A stretch of DNA of 64,000 nucleotides from a virus, in the IMG/VR virus record IMGVR_UViG_3300011005_000151. One strand, written 5' to 3'. A program made the position numbers and the translations under genes. The notes beneath the pieces are model-generated. The model had not been told where the DNA came from, did no database searches, and worked only from the letters and a program-made list of their open reading frames with translations. Of this stretch, positions 45,377 through 56,074 are shown one piece after another; position 1 is the stretch's first letter; every line of letters starts with the position of its first letter.

Positions 45377-48300
45377 GGGTGGAAGATGGCCGACAATTAT
45401 ATTCCGTATCACATACATAGTGATTACAGTTTGCTTGATAGCTGTACAAAATTTGAGGAGTATGTCGACCTCGCTGTTCAGAACGGGCAACGTGCGATTG
45501 CCTCGACTGAACATGGTTAGGTAAACCACTTGGATGGATCTCGAAAAAGATGTATTGCGACAAGATGGGTATTAAGTTTATCCATGGCGTTGAGATATAT
45601 CTTACGGAATCTCTTGCAGAGAAAGTCCGAGACAATTACCACACGATACTTCTGGCAAGGAACTGGGATGGGGTTTTAGAGCTTAACAGGCTCGTTTCAA
45701 TGTCCTGCGATGACTACCATTTCTACTATACGAACAGGTTGTCGTTCGATGAGTTCTTGGGCATCTCGGACAACATCATTACTACGAGCGCGTGTCTGGC
45801 ATCTCCACTAAACAAACTCCCAGAAGACAATCCGTATTATTTAGAGCTTGCCAATAAATATGATTTCTTTGAAATCCAGGCTCACAACCATCCAGAGCAA
45901 GCTGCGTTCAATCAAAAACTATATCAACTGTCTATCGAACTCGGGAAGCCGTTGATAGCGGGGACAGATACACATAGTGCGTCGCCTTATAAAGCAGAGT
46001 GCAGATCTATATTGTTGAAGGCGAAGCGCAAGAATCGCAATGGTTACGTCGATGAGGATTCTTTCGACCTTACATATAAAACATATGACGAGCTTACTGA
46101 AATGTTTAGAGTGCAGAATGCATTACCAGAAGAAGTCTACATGGAGGCCATCGCGAACACCAACTTATTGGACGAGCTTACCGAGGATTTTCAGCTAGAC
46201 ACATCAATCAAGTACCCAATCCTGTATGGATCTCGTGAAGCAGACTCGGAGAAATTTACCGAGACTGTTGAGCGGAAATTCAAAGAGAAGCTTGAGTCGG
46301 GGGTTATTCCCCCAGAGCAGGAAACTGCGTTCCGACAGGCCATCGATGAAGAGATGCGGGTTTTCCGTAAACTCAAGATGGACGGGTTTATGCTCAGTAT
46401 GAGTGAGCTTATCTGCTGGTGTAAAGATCATGATATGGCGATCGGCACCGCCCGTGGATCTGTTGGCGGCTCCAGAGTCGCATATGTCACAGATATTATC
46501 GACCTTAACCCGGAGCAATGGCACACCGTATTCTCCCGCTTTTGTAATGAGGACAGACAAGAAATCGGGGACATAGATATAGACTGCGTTGAGTCTGACA
46601 GACCGGCGATTTTCCAACATATCATTGGAAGATTCGGTGCAGATAAGACAGCCAGAGTGGCCGCTTACGGGACGGTAAAATCCAAGGGCGTAATTGACGA
46701 AGTTGGGCGTGCTTTGTCGAAAAAATGGTACGAAAATCACCCAAATTGCGACGAAAATGACGAAAATCCGTGGTCTTTGGGCAATATTTCGCGTATAAAA
46801 TCGGAATTTGATTCGGACCCCGAAAAAACGCGCAAAGACTACCCAGAACTGTTCTATTACTTTGACGGTCTGATTGATACACGGGTTTCGCAGTCTGTGC
46901 ATCCAGCGGGCATGATAATCTCCCCGATCACATTGGTCGATAATTACGGCGTGTTCAATAAAGAAGGGGAGAACTGCCTGATGATGGATATGGAAGAGGC
47001 TCACGAAGTCGGCCTCGCCAAGTATGACTTCCTGATTCTTAAAACAGTCGAAGTTATCAGAGATACTTGCAGGTATATTGGCATCCCATATCCAAAAACA
47101 TACGAGATAGACTGGGACGACCCGGATGTTTGGGATGACATGTGCTCTAACCTCACCACGATCTTCCAGTTTGAAAGTTCGTTCGCTGCGGAAAGTTTTA
47201 AGCGATTCCGTCCAAGAAACATTTTTGAAATGTCGCTTGTGACAGCGTGTATTAGACCGTCTGGCGCTTCGTACCGCGATGAGTTGCTGGGACGGATACC
47301 ACATCATAACCCGTCGAAGCTCATTGATGATTTGCTTTCAGATAACAATGGCTATCTTGTATATCAATGCGACGTTATAAAATTCTTGATGCAAATCTGC
47401 GGGCTTTCAGGAAGCGAGGCTGATAACGTACGCCGAGCAATCGCACGAAAAGATACTGACAGATTACAAAGCGTCTTGCCTGGGATCTTGTCCGGATATT
47501 GTGATAAGAGTGACCAACCTAAAGAAGTAGCCGAGCAAGAAGCAAAGGAATTCCTCAAGATCATTGAAGACGCTTCCTCGTATATGTTCGGACTCAACCA
47601 TAGCATAGCCTATTGTCTTCTCGGGTATTTATGTGCGTACTTCCGACATTATTACCCGCTCGAATACCTCACAGCATTTTTAAACAAGGCTGCGAATGAG
47701 GATGATATCCAAAACGGTACAGCGTATGCAAACCGTGTAGGGATCCTCGTTACGATGCCAAAGTGGAGTATCTCTAAAGGCGATTATTTCTTCGACAAAG
47801 AGCGAAGCACAATTGCCAAAGGGGTCACATCCATCAAGTATATGAGCCAACAGATTGCGGACGAGATGTACAATCTCGCACACGAACGGCATTATAAATC
47901 ATTTATTGACTTGTTGATAGACCTGGACGCCAAAACAAGCTTAAACACACGGCAGTTGGATATCCTCATTAAAGTAGATTTCTTCTCAGACTTCGGGAAC
48001 CAGAGGGAGTTGCTTCGTATCACAGAGTTATTTTACGACATGTTTAAAAAGGGCGAGGCGAAGAAACTTCGCAAGGATGCCATCGACGGGACCCCGTTTG
48101 AGGGAGTTATCAAGAAGTATTCTGTCGGCACGACAAAATCAGGCGGCGCGGCGAAGAGTTATACGCTATTGGATGTGCCGGCGATTATGAGAGAGTGTGA
48201 ACAACTGATTTTACGGGCCGATATGTCCGACTTGGATGATATAACGAAAGTGCGAAACTTCTATGACGCAATGGGGTATTTCGGTTACACATCCGGGAAG

Positions 48301-48546
48301 ACGGAAGATCGAAAGAAGCTCTATGTATTAGATAAATACCCATTAAAACGCAAGAAGGATGGCAAGCAATTCGGGTATTCCTTCATCACAAAATCCATCG
48401 GCAGCGGGAAAGAAAGTCGCTTCACGGTTTTTAACAACGTTTTCAATAGGTGCCCGGTTGATAAAGGCGATGTGATCCTTGTTCGCGGTTGGGAGCGAGA
48501 CGGACCGTATTTCCGAATGACAGATTACGACAAGGAGATTTACTGA
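45377..48546 (+). CDS. dnaE: DNA polymerase III alpha (DnaE-like), with an apparent 1-nt frameshift near 45517
   Basis: PHP start MADNYIPYHIHSDYSLLDS...TEHG ends at TAG. The product continues in the -1 frame as LGKPLGWISKK...GIKFIHGVEIY, followed by the long ORF. Confidence 0.7.
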
Positions 48547-48637
48547 TGCAGAAACTCACAGAACAATCTCTTTCAGAAAGCATAGAAGACGAATTTGAGA
48601 CGGGATTACTTGAGCTTGTCGGTATGGTGTGAATTAA

Positions 48638-48922
48638 ATGTACGATTGGATATATCAACCAAATTATGCTTATACGCCAACATGGTCAACAACCACTAAT
48701 ACTGTTACCACCACATCAACAAGCTCGGACTATTACTACAATGTCGGCTGGAATGCTAACGTTCAAAATTGGATTAATTCGTGGGACACCATGACGATAA
48801 ACTATAATCTCAATGGGAGCGTGATAGTGGAAGATCCGCCAGACGAAATCGACGACATTACTGACGAAGACCTGCGCGAGTTCATCGAAACCTGCGCAGG
48901 GGCTTCGGGAGGAACTGAATGA
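48638..48922 (+). CDS. hypothetical Thr/Asn-rich protein
   Basis: ORF. Confidence 0.4.
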   Translation: MYDWIYQPNYAYTPTWSTTTNTVTTTSTSSDYYYNVGWNANVQNWINSWDTMTINYNLNGSVIVEDPPDEIDDITDEDLREFIETCAGASGGTE

Positions 48923-49122
48923 AGCTATACGAAATTGTGGCAGACTATCGACAAAACAACCAAAATAAACCGCGCTACTATGTTTACGGTGAATCCAAGG
49001 TGCAAGCTAAACGGCGATTTACACAGCATATATCATGGCTGAAAATCTACGAAGTAAATGAGCTCTCCCCGGGTCGGGCGACAGAGATAGCTTCGCACCC
49101 TGAATTACATATAATCTTCTAA
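48919..49122 (+). CDS. small hypothetical protein
   Basis: Overlapping ATGA start. Confidence 0.4.
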   Translation: MKLYEIVADYRQNNQNKPRYYVYGESKVQAKRRFTQHISWLKIYEVNELSPGRATEIASHPELHIIF

Positions 49123-49136
49123 CCTTGGAGGTGGAT

Positions 49137-49772
49137 ATGAGTTTTCCAAAAGATTTTTTCGACATTGAAATCAGCCTTGAGGAGTTGATGGAACACAGCT
49201 CGATCGACGACTATCTGTCGCTGAAAGAGATGAAGCAGAGGAAGCTTTTCCTCACAGACGGAGTCGATATGATGTCTATCGACTACATTATCAAAGCTAT
49301 CTGGCAGTACAACAATGATGATGCCGGCACCCCGACTGCGGAGCGCAAGCCGATTCTTCTCTATGTCGCTTCTCCCGGTGGGCAGATCGACGCGGGGTTT
49401 GCTCTCATCGATGCAATCCTCACGAGCCAAACGCCGGTCTATACAATTAACATTGGATTCGCCTACAGTATGGGCTTCCTGATTATGCTGGCGGGGCATA
49501 AGAGGTTCAGTATGCCGAACGCAAAGTACCTGTTACACGATGGCTCGAATGGCGTTTGGGACTCCGGTGCAAAAGCACAGGATCGTATGGAGTTCGATAA
49601 GCGTGTCGAACAGCGGATGGCGACTTATATCATCAACCATACGAAGATAACGGAGGAAGAGTACCGCGAGAAATTCCGCGTCGAGTGGTATATGTTCGCC
49701 GACGAGGCGAAAGAGAAAGGCGTAATCGACTACATAATTGGTGAAGACGTTACGATTGACGAAGTGGTATGA
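49137..49772 (+). CDS. ClpP-family serine peptidase
   Basis: LLYVASPGGQIDAG, GFAYSMGFLIMLAG (Ser) and LLHDGSNG (His) motifs. Confidence 0.65.
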   Translation: MSFPKDFFDIEISLEELMEHSSIDDYLSLKEMKQRKLFLTDGVDMMSIDYIIKAIWQYNNDDAGTPTAERKPILLYVASPGGQIDAGFALIDAILTSQTPVYTINIGFAYSMGFLIMLAGHKRFSMPNAKYLLHDGSNGVWDSGAKAQDRMEFDKRVEQRMATYIINHTKITEEEYREKFRVEWYMFADEAKEKGVIDYIIGEDVTIDEVV

Positions 49773-50455
49773 GTAACCAGTTCCAAGATTTAACCGGAGA
49801 GCGCTTCACTAGATGGCTAGTTGTCAGCAGGGGCCCAAATGATAAAGATGGGAGCACGAACTGGAACTGCGTATGTGATTGTGGTACGCGAAGGATGGTT
49901 AGCGGTCATGCATTAAGGAGCGGAAGGTCAAAAAGCTGCGGGTGCCTGGCTAGAGAGATCGTCGGACAAAATGCAACGAAACATGGGGCACTTCGCAGTA
50001 ATGCAAAGGATTCGGATAATAAACTATACCGTGTGTGGCAGTCAATGCGTAGCAGGTGTAAAACGCAAAGTAATACTGCGTATAAATGGTATGGCGGCAA
50101 AGGGGTAAAAGTCTGTGCTGAATGGGATAATGACTTTGAGAGCTTCTTAGAATGGTCATATAAAAACGGATACAAACCTGGACTATCTATTGATAGAATC
50201 AGATGTGATGGTGATTACTGCCCTGATAATTGTAGGTGGGTAGGGAGGGCTATCCAAGACAATAATAGAACTGACAACCATTACATCGAATATAACGGAG
50301 AAACGCATACAATGACAGAATGGGCTAGAATTACTGGCATCAATGTGAATACCTTGTCTGGAAGAATCAATCGGTATGGATGGCCCATTAAAGATGCGTT
50401 AACTATTGAAGTGTGGGGAGCATATCATAGTGGCGACAAAAAAGAAGAGAATTGA
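49769..50455 (+). CDS. HNH homing endonuclease (HNH_3-like, with zinc ribbon and C-terminal HTH)
   Basis: LSIDRIRCDGDY...NCRWV motifs. N-terminal C-rich region. Confidence 0.55.
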   Translation: MSNQFQDLTGERFTRWLVVSRGPNDKDGSTNWNCVCDCGTRRMVSGHALRSGRSKSCGCLAREIVGQNATKHGALRSNAKDSDNKLYRVWQSMRSRCKTQSNTAYKWYGGKGVKVCAEWDNDFESFLEWSYKNGYKPGLSIDRIRCDGDYCPDNCRWVGRAIQDNNRTDNHYIEYNGETHTMTEWARITGINVNTLSGRINRYGWPIKDALTIEVWGAYHSGDKKEEN

Positions 50456-50474
50456 TTTCACAAAAGACCCGCCT

Positions 50475-51134
50475 ATGAAAATTGCAGATTGCCAATTCTA
50501 TGGATATACACTTGATCCGGAACAATTAGCATTTGCAGAAGCGATATATAGTAACGATATAGATATCGTGTTCTGTAATTCGCCGGCAGGTACTGGTAAA
50601 GATCTGGTTGCAATTGGCACAGCAAATATTATGGTGCAATTTGGAATGTATGACGAAATCATCTATATTGTATCACCATACGGGGAGAGAAAACAGGGGT
50701 ACCTCCCAGGAGATATACAAAGTAAGTCTGTTGTGTATTATGAGCCACTATTCCAAGCTCTAGTAGCGTGTGGTATTAACCCGAATACAAGCGTAAATAT
50801 GGACGGCATTGGTGTGAATAATATGGGCGGATATATCACTTGCATAACAGACACATATCTGAGAGGTACTACCTTAAATAATGCAATCATCATTCTGGAT
50901 GAGTCTGAGAATTTTACGACACCACAGTTGAAAAAGACACTTACCAGAGTAGGTTCAAACACAAAGGTTATTGTGATAGGCCACGATCAACAGTGCGACC
51001 TCGATAATCCAAGTTCTAGTGGTTTTGTAAAATATATTAATCATTTTGCGCCAATGAAGCGTGCAGCAATTTGCGCCCTAACAACCAACCATCGTGGATG
51101 GATAAGCCAACACGCCGATACGCTCACAGAATGA
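50475..51134 (+). CDS. phoH: PhoH-like P-loop ATPase
   Basis: SPAGTGKD Walker A. ILDESENFT...VIVIGHDQQCD. Confidence 0.65.
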   Translation: MKIADCQFYGYTLDPEQLAFAEAIYSNDIDIVFCNSPAGTGKDLVAIGTANIMVQFGMYDEIIYIVSPYGERKQGYLPGDIQSKSVVYYEPLFQALVACGINPNTSVNMDGIGVNNMGGYITCITDTYLRGTTLNNAIIILDESENFTTPQLKKTLTRVGSNTKVIVIGHDQQCDLDNPSSSGFVKYINHFAPMKRAAICALTTNHRGWISQHADTLTE

Positions 51135-51920
51135 GATATCAGGGCGGTAAAACTAAAACCGCTTTTGGCATCGCCAAAGCCATCAAAGCGGCAATAGAGG
51201 AGGATAGATGCAGTACCAAGGAGGTAAGCATAGGGTCGCAACGCACATCGCGAGTAGAATCGCCGGCCTTAGTGGGGGGGGGTGTTGGTAAGCTTGTTCT
51301 GTGGGGCTTGCTCAGTCGAGTCGGCTCTCGCAAACAGTTTTGACTTCGTTATCTGTAACGACATTAACACCTATTTGATTGAATTGTTAAGGGCTGTCCA
51401 AGGCGGGTTTATCCCGCCAGAGACAGTCACGAGAGAAGAGTATAAATACATTCGGGAACATCCAGATGAAAATAAGGCGTTGACAGCGTTTTGTGGATTT
51501 GGATGCAGCTTCGGCGGGAAGTGGTTCGGCGGATATGCCAATGACAACAACGGCAGGAATTATGCACGGGAAGCAAAGGAATCGTTGCTAAAGGATATGG
51601 CATCACTAAGAGACGCGACATTCTCGTGTATGGATTACAGAGATGTCAGTCTCCCGGAGGGGTGTGTGATTTATGCGGATCCGCCGTATGCCGGCACGAC
51701 ACAATATCGCAATGGGGTTTTCGATACTCGGGCTTTTTGGGACTACGCAATAAAGACGAGCCAGAATCACATGATGTTTATCTCAGAACAGACAGCACCT
51801 GACGACTTCGTAGTGGTCTGGGAGAAAGGTGTCAAACGAACTCTGGATTTTAATAAAGAAAACCAACCACAGGCGACAGAAAAACTATTTATACACAAAA
51901 AATATATGCACAATCTTTGA
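51071..51920 (+). CDS. dam: Dam-like N6-adenine DNA methyltransferase interrupted at a G9 homopolymer (51274-51282); candidate phase-variable gene
   Basis: Frame A has MRYQGGK. Frame B has SLFCGACSVE...NDIN and DPPY. A G8 tract would join the two frames. Confidence 0.65.
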
Positions 51921-51952
51921 AAATATACACATAAATATATACGAGGTTATTA

Positions 51953-52159
51953 GTGAAACAGATATTTTGTAACAAGTGCGGCAAACAGTTCGATTTCTGG
52001 GATGAACAGGAAGATTACAGTATACACACACGGATTGGTTATGGTTCTAAATACGATGAAGAAGAACTCCGGCTAGACCTCTGCATAAAGTGCATGGAAA
52101 ATTTAATCGACGGATGCGTAATCAATCCATTAACAGACTACACGGAGGTACAGGCTTGA
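51953..52159 (+). CDS. small zinc-ribbon protein
   Basis: CNKCG...CIKC motifs. Confidence 0.4.
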   Translation: MKQIFCNKCGKQFDFWDEQEDYSIHTRIGYGSKYDEEELRLDLCIKCMENLIDGCVINPLTDYTEVQA

Positions 52160-52758
52160 GTGTTTATACCGTTCCGGACCATGGGTGTTGCAAAAACACC
52201 CATGTGTACGGGCTTGATGAAAGTATTAAGTACGCAAAGTACCCTATGTCGGTCAATCCAGACAGCTTAACATCCGAATTGACCAGTGGGATATGCGCTC
52301 TTGCGCAGAGCGGAAAAGGGGAGGGGCATGATACATGGCTCCAAGGTATTGGCGTCCAGTTTGAACTGACATTTACTGTCAAAGCGTGGACGGAAGCTGA
52401 GAGATATCACCATTTTGAGTTTATCAGTTCGCAGTCGACCATGCACCGAATCTCAAAATTTAATCTCGACACGGCATATATCGAGTACACCGACCCGCGA
52501 ATTATCGAAATCGTGCGGGGGTTGGTAGACAGATATAACGAAACAAATGATCCAGAGGATTATCTGAGGCTCCTGTACAGCAATCCGTGTGGAATGAAGC
52601 TTTCCGCCGGTATGACGACCAACTACAGGCAGCTCAAGACGATATACGCACAGCGAAAGAATCATCGGCTCCCCGAGTGGCGAGACTTCTGCGCTTGGAT
52701 AGAGACCTTGCCGATGGCCGATAAGCTGATTATTCCAAAGAAGGAGAACGTGGCGTGA
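52156..52758 (+). CDS. hypothetical protein (nucleotide-metabolism neighbourhood)
   Basis: CACGGAGG RBS with TTG start. Confidence 0.45.
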   Translation: MSVYTVPDHGCCKNTHVYGLDESIKYAKYPMSVNPDSLTSELTSGICALAQSGKGEGHDTWLQGIGVQFELTFTVKAWTEAERYHHFEFISSQSTMHRISKFNLDTAYIEYTDPRIIEIVRGLVDRYNETNDPEDYLRLLYSNPCGMKLSAGMTTNYRQLKTIYAQRKNHRLPEWRDFCAWIETLPMADKLIIPKKENVA

Positions 52759-53321
52759 AAATAGTGTGTATATCCGGCAAGGCTCAACACGGTAAGGATA
52801 CCGCAGCGTCAATAGCGGCTGACCATCTGAGGAGTATGGGTTTCCGAGTCCTCGTAACTCATTACGCCGACCTCCTCAAGTATGTATGCAAAACATTTTT
52901 TGGATGGGACGGCAAAAAGGATGATGATGGGCGGTGGTTGCTGCAACATGTTGGCACCGACGTTGTAAGGAACTACGACTCTATGTTCTGGGTAAGATTC
53001 GTAGCGTCCATCGTGAATATGTTCCCCGACGAATGGGACTATGTAATCATCCCAGACACGAGATTCCCGAACGAAATCGGTGCCTGGAAAACATATGGAT
53101 TCGACGCAAAACATATTCGGGTTTTTCGCCCGAACTTCGATAACGGTCTTACTGAGAAGCAACAGAGACATCCATCGGAGACAGCACTTGATAGGCACCC
53201 GGCTGATTACATAATCGAGAATACAGGTACGATCGGTGAATTTGTCGTTGCCGTGCATGATATGGTGCGATGGCTCACAAGTGACGAGCCAGAAATGCCT
53301 CTGTTCGAGGATAATCAATGA
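52755..53321 (+). CDS. deoxynucleoside monophosphate kinase (T4 Dnk-like P-loop)
   Basis: ISGKAQHGKDT Walker A. Confidence 0.6.
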   Translation: MKIVCISGKAQHGKDTAASIAADHLRSMGFRVLVTHYADLLKYVCKTFFGWDGKKDDDGRWLLQHVGTDVVRNYDSMFWVRFVASIVNMFPDEWDYVIIPDTRFPNEIGAWKTYGFDAKHIRVFRPNFDNGLTEKQQRHPSETALDRHPADYIIENTGTIGEFVVAVHDMVRWLTSDEPEMPLFEDNQ

Positions 53322-53896
53322 CAATTTTAGTTGACATGGATGATGTTTTGGAAGGACTGGTCGGAGCGTGGGTCGATTATCTAAATCTGAAGTACGGCAC
53401 ACAGGTCCGGGCGGAAGATATCGTCGAGTGGAATGTCGATGAATATTTCCCAAGTCTGACACACAAACAAGTCCATGGCGTTTTGAAGGAAAGGGCGTTT
53501 TGGGATGCCGTAAAGCCTCTCCATGGTGCTCAGGAAGGGCTAAAAAGATTGATAGACGCAGGACATGAAGTCTACATAGTGACGAATTCGCATTACAAAA
53601 CGGTCGCTCCGAAGATGGAGAGAGTGTTATTTAAGTATTTCCCGTATCTGAAATGGAGCCAAGTCATTCTCACGGCACATAAGCAGATGGTTCGCGGGGA
53701 TGTTCTGATTGATGATGGTATCCAAAATCTCGAAGGCGGCGAGTATGAAAAGATACTCATGGATGCGCCTCATAATCACGAGTACAACGCGGAAGCAAAC
53801 GGTATGTACCGCGTTTGTAACTGGGATGACATCTTGAATGTCATTACCTATCTTAACGATCGCCCGGTTTATAAGGGTGTCAAACAAAGGAGCTAA
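53318..53896 (+). CDS. 5'(3')-deoxyribonucleotidase (HAD family)
   Basis: VDMDDVL DxDxV motif. Size and context fit. Confidence 0.6.
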   Translation: MTILVDMDDVLEGLVGAWVDYLNLKYGTQVRAEDIVEWNVDEYFPSLTHKQVHGVLKERAFWDAVKPLHGAQEGLKRLIDAGHEVYIVTNSHYKTVAPKMERVLFKYFPYLKWSQVILTAHKQMVRGDVLIDDGIQNLEGGEYEKILMDAPHNHEYNAEANGMYRVCNWDDILNVITYLNDRPVYKGVKQRS

Positions 53897-53898
53897 CT

Positions 53899-54120
53899 AT
53901 GTTAGACGTAATCCTTTACAGCACAGGCTGTCCGAAATGTAATGTGCTGAAAAAGAAATTGGACTCAAAAGGGATAGCATATTTTGAGTTCTCTGACCGA
54001 GAGAAAATGGTAGCCATGGGCTTTGACGAAGTCCCAATTCTTGAGGTTAATGGCGTGCAGATGGATTTTACTGCTGCTAACGCATGGCTGAATAGAGGAG
54101 GTGATATTAGTGCTAATTGA
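53899..54120 (+). CDS. glutaredoxin/NrdH-like redoxin
   Basis: CPKC active site. Lies upstream of nrdD. Confidence 0.6.
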   Translation: MLDVILYSTGCPKCNVLKKKLDSKGIAYFEFSDREKMVAMGFDEVPILEVNGVQMDFTAANAWLNRGGDISAN

Positions 54121-56074
54121 AATCAATCTGAATAAGAACTTCACCACACAGTACAATAAGCTTCAAGAAGAGTTCGGTACAGAAATCGCAGCGATAAACG
54201 GGTTTGACGATCCACAGCTTTCGTACACAGATTTTATCGATAACTTCGCGTCAAAGTCTGTTGTGGCTGACGTAAGCATCGACGGGAACTCAAACGTATC
54301 CCATAAAGATGTGGTTACTCTTGAAAAGGAGATGTCAAAGCCGCATGAAAAGCTGATTGCATTTAATAAGATCTATCAGGAAATACAAGACAAATACGGA
54401 TTTAAAGCCGCTAATGAGTGGCTCCGTATGGAATGGATTGGCGACTTATATCTTCATGATGCAAATACTTCGACATTGAAGAGCTACTGTTTCGCTTACG
54501 ATCTAAAGGATCTTGCCGAGAAGGGAATGTATTTTGAAGAGGGACGCAACGCAAAGCCAGCACAACACCTGATTACGTTTGTGGATTTCGTAAAGGAACT
54601 AACGAGCTATGCCGCAAACCGGTCCGCAGGCGCTGTCGGGCTTCCCAACCTGATCCCATATATGTTCTATTTCTGGAAAAAAGATATTGATTCTGGATAT
54701 ATGGGGCTCACGCCGGAGATGGGTGAGAAGTACGCGAAGTCGAACTTCCAACGTTTCATATACGCAGTTAACCAGAGCCACTGCAGGGACGGTTCACAAT
54801 CGGCCTTTACGAATACTTCTGTATTTGACCATCCGTATTTTGAAGCACTTTTTGGTGGAGCTGAATTCCCTGACGGGACGTTCATGATTGATTACGAGGA
54901 AGAAATCATTGCTTTCCAAAAATGGTATATGGAAGAAATGGCGGCAATTCGGTCTGAGAATATGTTCACATTTCCTGTAAATACAATTTCTCTGCTTCGG
55001 CAAGACGGGAAATTTGTAGATGAGGATTTTGCTTTGTGGGCTGTCGAGCATAATCGTCAGTGGTCAGACTCGAATCTGTTTATCGATAGTTCCGTGAGTA
55101 GCCTGAGCAACTGTTGCCGCCTCAAGTCAAACATCAAAGACCTCGGGTATTTTAACTCGATTGGTGGTACGGCACTGAAAGTAGGTTCTGTGAAGGTAAA
55201 CACAGTGAATCTTGCTAGAATTGCGCTGGATTGTTCTACTGAGGAAGAATATCTCGATGAACTTTATCACAGAACTACGGTATGTCTGAGAGCGCTGGAT
55301 GTCATTCGTAGCATTATTAAGAGCAACGTACGTAAAGGGTTGCTTCCTAACTTCTCGAAAGGTCTTGTGGACTTCGAGCATCTTTACAACACTATAGGGT
55401 TCATTGGTGTTTATGAGTCTATGAAGAAGTTTGGCTATACCAGAATTGATCCATTCGGGAATACATACTACACGGAGGCCGCATCTGCATTCGGCCAAAA
55501 GATTTTCCAGACGATGCGCAAAGCGGCTGATGATTTCATTGCCGCCGACCCGAGTATTGATTACCAGATTAATACCGAGCAAATCCCCGGAGAGTCTGCG
55601 GCTGCCAAACTTATGAAGAAGGATAAGTTCTTCTACCCGACTGCGAATATTTACGACCTCCCTCTGTATGGTAATCAGTTTATCCCTCTTGGTATCCAAA
55701 CTACGTTACAGGAGCGTGTTCGTATTGCCGCCGAGTTTGACGGGTATTGCAATGGTGGTTCTATTCTCCATGCGAATATCGACGCCCCGTTTGATAGCTT
55801 TGAGAAGGCATGGGACATGGTGAATTATATAGCAGATGCTGGCGTTACATATTTCGCGTTTAACACAAAAATCAGCGCATGTGAAGACAATCATGCATTC
55901 TACGGGAAAGTTTGCCCTGTGTGCGGCAAACCGGTAGAGAGTGAGTTCACTAGGATCGTAGGATTTTACACCAAAGTTAAAACCTGGTCTAAAGAACGGT
56001 GCGAGGAATATGGGATGCGAAGATGGGAGCCGATCAATACGACAGCAGACGAGATTCAGAGGCTTAATACATGA
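54110..56074 (+). CDS. nrdD: anaerobic ribonucleoside-triphosphate reductase (class III)
   Basis: C-terminal CPVCG zinc ribbon and glycyl-radical RIVGFYT. AGGAGG before GTG. Confidence 0.8.
   Translation: MLIEINLNKNFTTQYNKLQEEFGTEIAAINGFDDPQLSYTDFIDNFASKSVVADVSIDGNSNVSHKDVVTLEKEMSKPHEKLIAFNKIYQEIQDKYGFKAANEWLRMEWIGDLYLHDANTSTLKSYCFAYDLKDLAEKGMYFEEGRNAKPAQHLITFVDFVKELTSYAANRSAGAVGLPNLIPYMFYFWKKDIDSGYMGLTPEMGEKYAKSNFQRFIYAVNQSHCRDGSQSAFTNTSVFDHPYFEALFGGAEFPDGTFMIDYEEEIIAFQKWYMEEMAAIRSENMFTFPVNTISLLRQDGKFVDEDFALWAVEHNRQWSDSNLFIDSSVSSLSNCCRLKSNIKDLGYFNSIGGTALKVGSVKVNTVNLARIALDCSTEEEYLDELYHRTTVCLRALDVIRSIIKSNVRKGLLPNFSKGLVDFEHLYNTIGFIGVYESMKKFGYTRIDPFGNTYYTEAASAFGQKIFQTMRKAADDFIAADPSIDYQINTEQIPGESAAAKLMKKDKFFYPTANIYDLPLYGNQFIPLGIQTTLQERVRIAAEFDGYCNGGSILHANIDAPFDSFEKAWDMVNYIADAGVTYFAFNTKISACEDNHAFYGKVCPVCGKPVESEFTRIVGFYTKVKTWSKERCEEYGMRRWEPINTTADEIQRLNT

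Noticed and set aside
45377-45560. TAG stop-codon reassignment (suppressor tRNA) to explain in-frame TAGs in dcm and dnaE
   Set aside because: Reading through TAG in the original frame gives nonsense. The conserved protein sequence continues in a shifted frame, and no tRNA with a CTA anticodon was found. The 8-nt-loop tRNA-like element has no CUA.
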